A stretch of 64,000 nt of DNA from Eubacteriales bacterium (GCA_045647805.1 JAZRMT010000146.1:24-64023); one strand, 5' to 3'. Positions 48,201 through 56,968 are shown, counted from the first letter of the stretch. Program-made: numbers and translations. Notes: generated from the letters alone by a model not told the origin.

Positions 48201-50043
48201 TGAAGCCGGAGAAAATTATCCCGATGCCTTTGCGGTAAATGCGAACGGCGGCACTGCCGAGGTTATCCTTGAGGGAGAGGGAAAAATGCTTCGTCTTTCT
48301 GACGGATCTGCGGTGGTTATTCCTACGGTGAAGCGTTCTGCCGCAGTCAATTGCGATTCGGTAGGAATAGACGTTCTGGTCAAGAATGCTGCCGAGGGAG
48401 AAATCGGAAATATATCTCTCTTAGAAAGAAATAGGACGGACGAATGCATTTTAGGCTTTACTCTTAATGTAGTGACCGATGGCGAGGACAGCTATATTAT
48501 TCTGGTTGACGGCTCGGGAGAGACCGTCGAGGGCGTGCGGCTCCCTGTAGGGAAGAGAAGCAGCCTTCGCATTGATTATTATCCCTCCGAGGGAGTTGCG
48601 ATCATTTATGTAAACGGCGAAAGACGGGGCTTGTGCCTTTCTCAGAACGGTTCAAAGCTTACCTTTGGTAAGGCTGTGATATCCTCCGATGCCTCCTGCG
48701 AATTGCTTATAGACGATATCTTCGTTGAGCGTTATGCAGGCGACTATGAAAAGGCAATGGCACCGAAATACGACGGTGTGGTATATGATTTCACCGACGG
48801 TATTCACGAGAGCATTACTGTTACCGGCAGCGGCATTTCTGTTGACTCGGTATCGGGTGAGAGCGTCCTTAAGCTGTCGGGATCAAAGGCATCCTATTCT
48901 GAGGCGAAGATACCCGTAAATCCCAGAGACGATGCTATGAGCTGTACGGAGCTTGGCTTCGATATAAGCTATCTTAATACCAAAAATAACGGTGTTGCTC
49001 AAAGAATCATATTTGCCGATGAAGAGGGCAGAAGAATAATATCCTTTGCTCTGACAGTGAAGGACGGTGTTGTCGGAATATCCGAAGAGACCTCCTTTGG
49101 CATTCACTCACCTATGGCAGAGTTCTCATCCTCGGAAAAGGTCAACATCAGATTCGAGTTCTATGAGAACAGGGGCATATGCAAGGTGTTCGTTAACTCG
49201 GAATACGCCTTCGTAAGCTCACTTACGTACTCCGAGAAAAACAAGGAGCTTACCCCTGCGTATGCTATCCTTTCTTCGGGTGAGGTCGGTTCTACCGCTT
49301 TTATAGACAATATTATCTTTGACAGATACGATAAGCTCTATATTGCCGAGCCCTCGATTGGTAACAAGGAGGACGGTGCCCCGGAGTTCAGCTTTAATTA
49401 CAGCGGAGGCACAAATTATCCGAGTGGAATAAAGCATGATATCAACTCGGGCGCTCCCGTTCCGTCGGTCGTTGAGATATCGAAGGACGGAAAGGCAGAC
49501 AAGGTGCTGAAATTCCAAAGCTATAAGAATTCCTCTAATATGGATGATCTTATTTTGCAGACCACCGAATCGGTTGAGAACTGTAAATCCTACGTGCTTT
49601 GTGCCGATCTTATGCTCAATAATTGCTCGGGCGGCACAGCGTTCTATCAGCTGCATCTCAGAAACGGTACGGCGGGAGTAGTAGAGCTCACCCTGGCTAA
49701 GGAGAACGATGCTTTGGTAATCTACCAGAAGGACTATATAAACAACGTAAACGGTAAAAAAATTGTTATCGGATCATTTGGAGAATGGTTTAATCTCCGT
49801 GTTGAGTATTATCCCACAGAGGTGGGAGGAGTCGCTTCTGTCAGAACCAAGGTGTTCATTAACGACGAGCTGCTTTTCGTTTCGGATTATGTTTGTAAGA
49901 ACGTGAGCGGTGCTCCCGAAATCACATCGGCGTGCTTCAAGGCTCTTAAGGCTCCCGAAAGCACGATGTATATTGATAACCTTAGCTTTAAGGAATCGAC
50001 AGTAGAATACGACGGCTCTGAGCTGACCTATAACTTAGATTAA
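45241..50043 (+). CDS. Giant lipoprotein A3 of the paralogous family
   Basis: The start is moved to ATG 45241 (MKRLVLLLVIIFVMALCLPSC, lipobox), which follows AAAGGA. The track start at 45181 would lie at the predicted transcription start. The architecture and motifs match A2: LYDPDICVCKNLYGEAECSNTQWCHTGGFYFSNSARDTIGFLPDVESTNQ, LQSPDGYFYHPQWG..SRRARD and DEGDVNAT. Confidence 0.92.
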   Translation: MKRLVLLLVIIFVMALCLPSCTVYSGSDEDSSDKDKDNGSEDGDSDKNDDEDDKNDNSGVDDDDDGSTDDDGSTDDDGSTDDDGSTDDDGSTDDDGSTDDDGSTDDDGSTDDDGSTDGGEEDDDKPTGGKDKPENYIYGADEVFYIVYNPLDISDYNVNRLADAFFDKGIMVELCSYTSAPHDHELVIGDVGRTVSDDAYMHLGRVDKNSDSDMRFCIYSSGSSIAIAYEKDEEGLCSDAAVDNFIENYVRESLAVGKGSLVAESFDLYVYLEERDLASYQERWAKVAAYAGASGAEIVSALQSLYTIYDGEGLVSWMANLYDPDICVCKNLYGEAECSNTQWCHTGGFYFSNSARDTIGFLPDVESTNQILKFIDSSGILTGIGDSYDDLLPGDVNEAIKNFAYNLQSPDGYFYHPQWGTAIGTSRRARDYNWSISILNNYGVTPKYKTINDVPSENQVSFEFLPARLGTSTVSMVSKVIAAESETLIPDHLKTVEAFRQYLIDLDIPNNSYSAGNTLSAQSSQINSRGSEYKTVLMEHLNACQNENGTWRDVLDYDAINGVMKISGVYSAFKTPIPNAEKACRAAFAAVSSDESCGSIVDIWNAWEALDRVLINIRTHGEIGLDAQIVNDILPDAAQAIRDTRDKLVTFRKNDGSFVYQASGKTSGISMGAQVSVAGTDEGDVNATIIGSSSMVKSIFHCLKLGTAVPIALTKERTVFRDIIGNISPVIKTGSLDEATAPITFDYYDEGDIPSEVRIFSKGNSQIVADERDEESKVLLFNSIVGGGDYFKLNTAGYKASATGLVFESEFCFDASSSNHKSLVRFEMGADGDVDNIYRLAFGTSDEGVEIWEHSSSASSKDVSNYLASVKYGQWFKLKVIYYKGDHNTVRIKVYLDDKLIAISDNYYDKEGVKLNGEGTPNTGLDECRFFVLKDYVLNLYIDNIRSYYTKKNYAYEPLHEDYRYLPTSINVDEISKDGVIYDMEELEAGENYPDAFAVNANGGTAEVILEGEGKMLRLSDGSAVVIPTVKRSAAVNCDSVGIDVLVKNAAEGEIGNISLLERNRTDECILGFTLNVVTDGEDSYIILVDGSGETVEGVRLPVGKRSSLRIDYYPSEGVAIIYVNGERRGLCLSQNGSKLTFGKAVISSDASCELLIDDIFVERYAGDYEKAMAPKYDGVVYDFTDGIHESITVTGSGISVDSVSGESVLKLSGSKASYSEAKIPVNPRDDAMSCTELGFDISYLNTKNNGVAQRIIFADEEGRRIISFALTVKDGVVGISEETSFGIHSPMAEFSSSEKVNIRFEFYENRGICKVFVNSEYAFVSSLTYSEKNKELTPAYAILSSGEVGSTAFIDNIIFDRYDKLYIAEPSIGNKEDGAPEFSFNYSGGTNYPSGIKHDINSGAPVPSVVEISKDGKADKVLKFQSYKNSSNMDDLILQTTESVENCKSYVLCADLMLNNCSGGTAFYQLHLRNGTAGVVELTLAKENDALVIYQKDYINNVNGKKIVIGSFGEWFNLRVEYYPTEVGGVASVRTKVFINDELLFVSDYVCKNVSGAPEITSACFKALKAPESTMYIDNLSFKESTVEYDGSELTYNLD
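45427..45588 (+). repeat. Nine in-frame copies of an 18-bp tandem repeat (GATGACGAYGGYAGTACY) encoding DDDGST
   Basis: Read directly from the sequence. It generates the shadow ORFs 45259-45846, 45263-45757 and 45309-45629. Confidence 0.95.
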
Positions 50044-50077
50044 AAGATTTAAAATTATTAATTCACTTTTTGCTTCA

Positions 50078-50086
50078 TGATATAAT
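50078..50086 (+). promoter_or_regulatory. Extended -10 element TGATATAAT upstream of A4 (no clear -35 at canonical spacing)
   Basis: The box is identical to those upstream of A2 and A3. No terminator is visible between A3 and A4. Confidence 0.4.
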
Positions 50087-50154
50087 AAATTTGGATTCGT
50101 AAACCGGAGAACTTTGAAATAATTTACGGTAGGTGTTAAGAAAGGGGAAGAACA

Positions 50155-53100
50155 ATGAAAAAACTAGCACTGCTGCTGGTCCTTCTCTTCCTTATTGGAG
50201 CTTGCTTTACCGCTTGCGGTCTGCCTATGGTGGGAACCGACAACAATAACGGAAGCTCGGACAAGGACGACAAGGACGACAAGGACGACAAAGACGACAA
50301 AGACGACAAGGACGACAAGGACGACAAAGACGACAAGGACGACAAGGACGACAAGGATGACAGCGGCGACGATCCCGATGGCGGTGATGATCCTGCTGAC
50401 GGTGACGATCCCGATGGCGGCGATGATCCCGATGGCGGCGATGATCCCGATGGCGGCAACGATCCCGATGGCGGCAACGATCCCGATGGCGGTGATGATC
50501 CCGATGGCGGCGATGATCCCGATGGCGGTGATGATCCCGATGGCGGCGATGATCCTGATGGCGGTGAAGATCCCGATGGCGGCGATGATCCCGATGGTGG
50601 TGACGATCCCGATAGCGGTGACAATCCCGATAGCGGTGACGATCCCGAAAATCTCATATATAATATTAGCTCGGAGCTTTATTATGTTTATCCCGACGAT
50701 CTTGTGGATACATATGTGAACGCAATTCCTAACGAGCTTCTGAATAACGGAATTTATATCAGAACAGATCCGGAAAGCGATGATCCTCATACTCATGAGA
50801 TAGTTATAGGAAAATGCAACCGTCAGGTGTCGAAGACCGCATACGACCGTCTTGACAGAATCGATGTTTCCAAGGATGGGGATATCAGAGTGTTGATCTA
50901 TTCCGACGGATCTTCGATATGCATTGCTTACGACGAGGATATTATTAACTTCGGTCTGGAAACGGTTTTGAATTACTTCATGGAGAACTATTGCTCCGAG
51001 GAGCTGGTTGCCGCACCCGGTGTGCTTTACAGCGAGAAGGTCAATCTGTACGACCGTCTTGCAGAGATAGATTTGGAAAAGTACAGCACCCAGTGGCAGA
51101 AGCTTGCAAAGGATTACAGTCCTGAGGTAGTTGCGGCTCTGCGCTCTTACTATTCGATATACGACGGTGAGAAGCTTATGACCTGGCTGGTCAACCTCTA
51201 CGATCCCTCTATTTGCGTTTGTAAGGGACTTTACGGAGAGGCTGAGTGCTCTGAAACTCAGTGGTGCGGTACCGGAGGCTTCTATTTCTCAAATTCCGCG
51301 AGAGACACGGTGGGCTATCTTCCCGACGTTGAGTCCACGCTCCAGGCACTCGGACTTCTTGCCGCACTTGGAATGGGAGGCTCCTACGTCAGCCTTCTTC
51401 CCGAATGGGTAGGCGAGGGAATTGCAAACTTTACATATAACCTCCAGGATCCCGACGGCTTCTTCTATCATCCTCAGTGGGGGAAGAGTATCGCGGTTTC
51501 CAGAAGAGCGCGTGATTTTAACTGGTCAAGAAACATTTTGGATGCCTACGGCATAAAGAGCAAATATCCTATGATGGATGACGTGGAGGCGGTTTCCGCA
51601 TCATCGTTGCCCACTATGATGGGAAATTCGACGGTGAGCGCGGTTTCCAAGGTTATCGCAGCCGACGGTGAGCTTCTTATTCCCGATCATCTTAAGACAC
51701 TCGACGCCTTTAAGGATTATCTTGAGAACACCCTCAACTTCTACACCAATGCTTACAGTGCGGGTAACACGCTCGGTTCACAGTCCGTACAGATAAAATC
51801 CAGGGGTCAGGAATACGTAGACGCTATGTTTGAGCATCTGAACAAGACCCAGAGAGATAACGGCTTGTGGCATGCCACACCCGGTTATTACGCTATCAAC
51901 GGACTTATGAAGATATCCGGCATATACAAGTCCTTCGAGGTAGAGATACCCAACGCGGAGGCTGCCTGCCTTGCCTGCTTTGACGCTATTATGTCCGACG
52001 AGAATCCCTCGGGTATCGTTGATATCTGGAACGCTTGGGTTGCTATAACCTACGTTTTCGAAAACGTAAGGCTCTACGCCGATAACGGCGTTGAGAAGGA
52101 GGCGGAACTCAAAGCTAACCTGGTCGCGAACTCCGTTGGCGCGATAAACGCCACCCGTGACAAGACTGTCAAGTTCGTAAGAGATGACGGTTCTTATTCC
52201 TACGTACAGACCGGCAACTGTACTGCTTCTCAGGGGGCTCCCGTTGCGGTTCCCGGTTATTCCGAGGGTGACGTTAACGGATGTATGATAGCTACTACTC
52301 AGATGATAGGCTTCGTATTCTCAGGTCTTGGCATGAATGGCTATAAGGTGGATCTTTGCGGAGAACGAGAACGGGTTATTATGCTCGAGATGTTTGAAAA
52401 TCTCTCGCCTGTTGAGAAGATCAGCGGCGACGGCTCCGTCGTTGGCGAGCCGATTGATTTCGATTACGATGACCTGGGCGACATTCCCGAGGAGGTCACA
52501 TACTCCTTCCCGAATGCCGAGGCGTCAAGCAGTGTCATGGTAATAGAGGATCCCAGAGAGGGAAGCGATGGCAACGTTCTCTCCTTTAAGACCGACGCTA
52601 AGAGCTTTGACAGCATAAGCTTCAAGAACAACGGTGGCTCGGCAGGAGCTCTCTGCTCGGTATTTGAGGCTGAGATGTGTCTTGCTTCCGCTTCCGCCGC
52701 CACCGATTTCCTCCGTATAGAAATGGGACAGAGCAGTGACACCTCCGGTGTGTACCGAATTACCTTTAGGCCCAGCGACGGAAAAATATATCTGTACGAT
52801 AATTCCTCCTCCCAGGGCACTGTGAGCATGGTTAACAATCTCGGAGTTGCCGTTGAGGAGGGCGAGTGGTTCAAGATCCGCATAGAGTTCTATCCCGGCG
52901 AGGGCACAGAGGACACGGTAAGAGCTAAGGTCTACTTCAATGATAAGCTTATTTCGATAAGCGATAATTACTACGACTATTACGGAAAGAAGATCAATGG
53001 TATAGGTAAGCCCAATACTACCGCTAGCCTTACCAAGATTCAGTTCCTTACCGATCCCACCGCAGAGGTACTGCTTGATAACGTTCACGCATTCTATGAT

Positions 53101-54999
53101 AAGAAGGCTTATGCCTTCGAGGAGCTTCACGAGGATTACGCAAGCGATCCTTATGCGGTAAACGTTGATAAGCTGCATGAGATGGCTCCCGTTTACGGCT
53201 TCGAGGAGCTTGAGCTTGGCGAGAATTATCCCGATATCTTTACCGTTACGGGCGGTTCAGGTTCCGCCTTGATCACTGCACTCGGCGAGGGCAAGGGGCT
53301 CACACTTTCCGGCGGAGCTAAGGTCAACGTTCCCGCTGCGAGAACCGAGAGCTTTACCAATTGTGCTATAATAGCAATGGATATTCTCGTTGACGAGAGT
53401 GCAAGCGGTACGGTAGGCTCGATAGCTCTTCTTCAGCATAACAAGCCCTCGAGCACTATAAACACCTTCACCCTTAAGGTGAACAATATCAACGGCGAGA
53501 AGGTTATAAATATTACCGAAGCCGCAAAGGGCTCTACTATTGCGGGAGTTGCGCTGCCTCTCGGTGAGGTAGTTAATCTCAAAATCGAATATTATTACAG
53601 AGACAGTATTATTCTCTTCTACGTTGACGGAGAGCTTATAGGCATGAGTGCCGAGTTTACTGCTGCCTCGAGACTGCAGGTGTTTGATGACGTACTTATT
53701 ACCGGTACGGGAACGATTACCGTCGATAACGTAACGGTTGACCACGGAAATAAAGATTATACAACGACGATGACACCGAAGTATGACAGCGTTGTTCACG
53801 ACTTCGAGAGCGGACTTGGCAGTATTGTCACAAAGGGCAACGGTGTCAGCGTGAAGGCGGACGGCTCGGGCTCTTGCTTGGAGATAACTCCCACCACAAC
53901 CTCCACCGTTACCGTACCTCTCAATCCCAGAGATGATCTGATGAGCGTGAGTGTTATTGAGCTTGACGTAAAGTTTACCAACGTAACCAAGATGGGAAGT
54001 CATATTATCTCGATCACGGACGCAGACGGAAATAAGATATTCGCTCTTTCTTTAACTCAGTCCAAGGGTGTTGCTTATTTGTACGAGCGTACCGCACTCG
54101 GAACTCACGCGGCGGCGATAACGGAGTTTAAGGCTGTGGATGGCGCTAAGCTATCTCTTGAGCTTTATGAAACTCTTGGAGTGTGCAAGGTATTCCTTAA
54201 CGGTGAGTACGTCTTCTCGAGCGCTCTTATGTATAGTGCGGTGAATGCCGCTCTTACACCTGATTCTTTGGTTATTGAGTCGGTTTCCGCCGCACCGGGC
54301 ATCAGGATAGACAACGTTGTCTTTGACCGTTACAGAAAGGCATACCTTAAGGATGGTGCGATAGGCAACAAGGAGGATGGCGCGGAGGAGATCACCTTCG
54401 GATACAGCGGAGGAAACGATTATCCCTCCGGCATCGTCGCTGATATCAAGACAGCCGCTCCTCTTCCCGCTGTAAATGAGATGATTAAGGACGGAGTCCT
54501 TGATAAGGTGCTTAGATACGACACTGTTCCCGGTGGCGGAGACGAGCTTAAGATCACTCAGACCGCGTCTGTAACCGGTGAGGTATCCTACGTTTTCAAG
54601 TCGGAGATCATGTTCCCCGAGGGAAGCAACGCTCCCTTCCAGATCTACGTTTGCGACGCCGGAGGAACCGGAATGATCACTATATATTACCTTGAGGTAT
54701 CCGGTGGTAAGATCTATATGTATACCAGAGATACCAACCACAAGGATAGCGAGAGGGTAGAGATAGGAAATCTCGGAGAGTGGATCGACTTGCGAATCGA
54801 GTATTACCTTGTCGATGGCACACCTAAGCTTAAGGCATTCGTTTCCGACGAATTTATTCTTGAAAGCGGAGCAGAGTATCCGAGAAGCAATATGTCTAAG
54901 ATCGGAGCGGTTAAGTTCTATGGTCTTTCCGGCGGAAACGGCACCATGTATATTGATAACGTTAGCCTTAAGGGCAGTACCGCTACCTATACTCCGTAA
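50155..54999 (+). CDS. Giant lipoprotein A4 of the paralogous family
   Basis: The N-terminus MKKLALLLVLLFLIGACFTAC is nearly identical to the A2 signal peptide. A long acidic repeat stalk and the junction DDPENLIYNIS follow. Motifs are LYDPSICVCKGLYGEAECSETQWCGTGGFYFSNSARDTVGYLPDVESTLQAL, LQDPDGFFYHPQWGK..SRRARD, DGSYSY..SQGAPVAV and SEGDVNGC. Confidence 0.93.
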   Translation: MKKLALLLVLLFLIGACFTACGLPMVGTDNNNGSSDKDDKDDKDDKDDKDDKDDKDDKDDKDDKDDKDDSGDDPDGGDDPADGDDPDGGDDPDGGDDPDGGNDPDGGNDPDGGDDPDGGDDPDGGDDPDGGDDPDGGEDPDGGDDPDGGDDPDSGDNPDSGDDPENLIYNISSELYYVYPDDLVDTYVNAIPNELLNNGIYIRTDPESDDPHTHEIVIGKCNRQVSKTAYDRLDRIDVSKDGDIRVLIYSDGSSICIAYDEDIINFGLETVLNYFMENYCSEELVAAPGVLYSEKVNLYDRLAEIDLEKYSTQWQKLAKDYSPEVVAALRSYYSIYDGEKLMTWLVNLYDPSICVCKGLYGEAECSETQWCGTGGFYFSNSARDTVGYLPDVESTLQALGLLAALGMGGSYVSLLPEWVGEGIANFTYNLQDPDGFFYHPQWGKSIAVSRRARDFNWSRNILDAYGIKSKYPMMDDVEAVSASSLPTMMGNSTVSAVSKVIAADGELLIPDHLKTLDAFKDYLENTLNFYTNAYSAGNTLGSQSVQIKSRGQEYVDAMFEHLNKTQRDNGLWHATPGYYAINGLMKISGIYKSFEVEIPNAEAACLACFDAIMSDENPSGIVDIWNAWVAITYVFENVRLYADNGVEKEAELKANLVANSVGAINATRDKTVKFVRDDGSYSYVQTGNCTASQGAPVAVPGYSEGDVNGCMIATTQMIGFVFSGLGMNGYKVDLCGERERVIMLEMFENLSPVEKISGDGSVVGEPIDFDYDDLGDIPEEVTYSFPNAEASSSVMVIEDPREGSDGNVLSFKTDAKSFDSISFKNNGGSAGALCSVFEAEMCLASASAATDFLRIEMGQSSDTSGVYRITFRPSDGKIYLYDNSSSQGTVSMVNNLGVAVEEGEWFKIRIEFYPGEGTEDTVRAKVYFNDKLISISDNYYDYYGKKINGIGKPNTTASLTKIQFLTDPTAEVLLDNVHAFYDKKAYAFEELHEDYASDPYAVNVDKLHEMAPVYGFEELELGENYPDIFTVTGGSGSALITALGEGKGLTLSGGAKVNVPAARTESFTNCAIIAMDILVDESASGTVGSIALLQHNKPSSTINTFTLKVNNINGEKVINITEAAKGSTIAGVALPLGEVVNLKIEYYYRDSIILFYVDGELIGMSAEFTAASRLQVFDDVLITGTGTITVDNVTVDHGNKDYTTTMTPKYDSVVHDFESGLGSIVTKGNGVSVKADGSGSCLEITPTTTSTVTVPLNPRDDLMSVSVIELDVKFTNVTKMGSHIISITDADGNKIFALSLTQSKGVAYLYERTALGTHAAAITEFKAVDGAKLSLELYETLGVCKVFLNGEYVFSSALMYSAVNAALTPDSLVIESVSAAPGIRIDNVVFDRYRKAYLKDGAIGNKEDGAEEITFGYSGGNDYPSGIVADIKTAAPLPAVNEMIKDGVLDKVLRYDTVPGGGDELKITQTASVTGEVSYVFKSEIMFPEGSNAPFQIYVCDAGGTGMITIYYLEVSGGKIYMYTRDTNHKDSERVEIGNLGEWIDLRIEYYLVDGTPKLKAFVSDEFILESGAEYPRSNMSKIGAVKFYGLSGGNGTMYIDNVSLKGSTATYTP
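50260..50646 (+). repeat. In-frame tandem repeats: about eleven 9-bp (DKD) units, then about sixteen 18-bp units encoding DDPDGG and variants
   Basis: Read directly from the sequence. It generates the shadow ORFs 50136-50657, 50164-50796 and 50195-50719. Confidence 0.95.
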
Positions 55000-55014
55000 A
55001 AGTAAATACAAGCA

Positions 55015-55057
55015 AAGAGAGAACAAATCGGAATAACCGAAATGTCCTCTCTTTTTT
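55015..55057 (+). terminator. Rho-independent terminator of A4
   Basis: AAGAGAGAAC pairs with GTCCTCTCTT (one mismatch) and is followed by TTTT. Confidence 0.6.
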
Positions 55058-55083
55058 ATTGCCTTTTTTATGATTGATTATAT

Positions 55084-56880
55084 TCAGCCGACTTCTATAC
55101 TGTACTTTTCCTTGTATTCCGCATACTTTTCCTCAAATGCCTCGCTGCCCTGCTTGATAGAAGCAAGGTATTTGTGCATATCGAGTGCATCGTAGGTGGA
55201 AATTTCTATTACGCAGCCTGCAATGTTGGAGCAGTGGTCGGATACACGTTCGAAGTCGTTGAGAAGGTCGGCAAGGATGAAGCCGTGCTCGATGGTACAT
55301 TCGCTCTTCTGGAGTCTTATGATGTGGTTGAGCTTGATGTTGTCTCTGAGGTCGTCAACTACCTGCTCAAGGGGCTCAACGTCGGAGGCAAGCTTTACGT
55401 CATTCTTTGTGAATGATACCTTTGTTATATCAAGAATCTCTTTGACAGCGGCTCTGAGCACTGCCATTTCTCTCTTTGCTTCCGCAGAGAATTCGATCTT
55501 CTTATCACGAAGCTCCTCGGCCGATTTGAGAATACTTACTGCGTGGTCGGAAATACGCTCGAAGTCGCCTATGATGTGAAGAAGCTTGGTCACCTGCTTC
55601 GCATCTCTTTCACTAAGGTCGTGTTCTGAAAGCTTAACGAGGTAGGTGCCGAGTGCGTCCTCGTATTTATCACCCTTGTCCTCAAAGTCACGTATTCTGT
55701 CAGCAACCTTAACGTCGTAGCCGGTGAAGAGGGTGAGCGAGTCGTTAAGCGCGGTGCAGGCGATATCTGCCATATTGTAAGTGACCTCGGTCGCTCTCTC
55801 AACTGCGATTGCGGGAGTCGCAAAGAGACGCTCATCAAGGAGGTTGACTGTTTCTGCCTCGCCTTTATCCTTGATAGATATTCTGGCAAGCAGCTCGAGC
55901 TGACGGTAGAAGGGACCTATAAGAATTACGGATATGATCTTGAAGAGGGTATGGATAAGTGCAACGTCCCACATGTCTACGAAGTTGCCCGTGAGGAAAT
56001 CCTGACCGTTCATCCGGAAGTCGAAGATTCCGTTGATAAGATAGAAGAGCGAAAGAACAACAGCAACTCCGATGATATTGAAGTAAAGGTGAATAAGAGC
56101 TGCGCGCTTACCGTTCTTGTTAGCACTTATAGAGGATATCATTGCGGTAACACAAGTACCGATGTTCTGTCCCATGATGATGGGAATGGCTGCTCCGAAT
56201 GAGATATGACCGGTTACTGTGAGTGCCTGGAGAATACCAACCGAGGCGGAGGAGGACTGAACTACTGCTGTGAGAACAAGGCCTGCAAGAACACCTAGGA
56301 GGGGATTCTCAAACTTCGTGAGAATGGAGGTGAAGGCTTCGTTTTCCTTAAGCCCGCTGACCGCACCGCTCATCAAATCCATTCCTACCATAAGAATAGC
56401 AAAGCCGAGAAGAATGAGTCCAACGTCTTTCTTTTTGCCTCGTTTTGCAAACATAAGTAGGCAAATGCCGATAACCGCGACTATTGGAACCCAAGTATCG
56501 GGCTTTAGAAGCTCGATGAAGTTGAGTGCGCCTTCGACACTCTCACCCGATTCAATTCCCGAAAGACCTGTGATCCAAGCGGTTACTGCGGTTCCTACGT
56601 TTGCACCCATAATAACTCCGACAGCCTGAATGAGTGTCATAGTTCCCGAGTTAACGAAGCCGACGACCATTACTGTTGTGGCGGAGGAGGACTGAATTAT
56701 CGCTGTAACCACAAGTCCGAGAAGAAATCCCTTGAACGGGTTGGAGGTTATTTTGCCCAGTGTAGTCTTGAGACTTGAACCTGCACTCTTTTTCAGCGAA
56801 TCACCCATAAGATCCATTCCGTAAAGGAATAGGGCGAGTCCGCAAAGCAGGGGCAATACCATTGATGTGATAATTTCCAT
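55084..56880 (-). CDS. Na+/phosphate cotransporter family protein with C-terminal PhoU-like repeats
   Basis: N-terminal membrane domain with duplicated QSSSATT/QSSSASV motifs (Na_Pi_cotrans type). The C-terminal soluble part has two PhoU-like segments (FERISDHAV / FERVSDHCS). Confidence 0.85.
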   Translation of the reverse strand: MEIITSMVLPLLCGLALFLYGMDLMGDSLKKSAGSSLKTTLGKITSNPFKGFLLGLVVTAIIQSSSATTVMVVGFVNSGTMTLIQAVGVIMGANVGTAVTAWITGLSGIESGESVEGALNFIELLKPDTWVPIVAVIGICLLMFAKRGKKKDVGLILLGFAILMVGMDLMSGAVSGLKENEAFTSILTKFENPLLGVLAGLVLTAVVQSSSASVGILQALTVTGHISFGAAIPIIMGQNIGTCVTAMISSISANKNGKRAALIHLYFNIIGVAVVLSLFYLINGIFDFRMNGQDFLTGNFVDMWDVALIHTLFKIISVILIGPFYRQLELLARISIKDKGEAETVNLLDERLFATPAIAVERATEVTYNMADIACTALNDSLTLFTGYDVKVADRIRDFEDKGDKYEDALGTYLVKLSEHDLSERDAKQVTKLLHIIGDFERISDHAVSILKSAEELRDKKIEFSAEAKREMAVLRAAVKEILDITKVSFTKNDVKLASDVEPLEQVVDDLRDNIKLNHIIRLQKSECTIEHGFILADLLNDFERVSDHCSNIAGCVIEISTYDALDMHKYLASIKQGSEAFEEKYAEYKEKYSIEVG

Positions 56881-56968
56881 TTTTTTTGCCTTTCTGTATG
56901 ATGTAAAATACTTTACCGTTTCTTAACTTAGTACCTATTATAACTTATTTTTCCCGTTTTGACAAGTA

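Noticed and set aside
893-50646. Considered whether the perfect tandem repeats could be CRISPR arrays
   Set aside because: The units are contiguous with no spacers, are only 9-36 bp long, are multiples of 3, and sit in frame inside long coding sequences. No cas genes are present.
50136-50796. ORFs 50136-50657 (-), 50164-50796 (-) and 50195-50719 (+)
   Set aside because: Shadow frames of the A4 repeat arrays.
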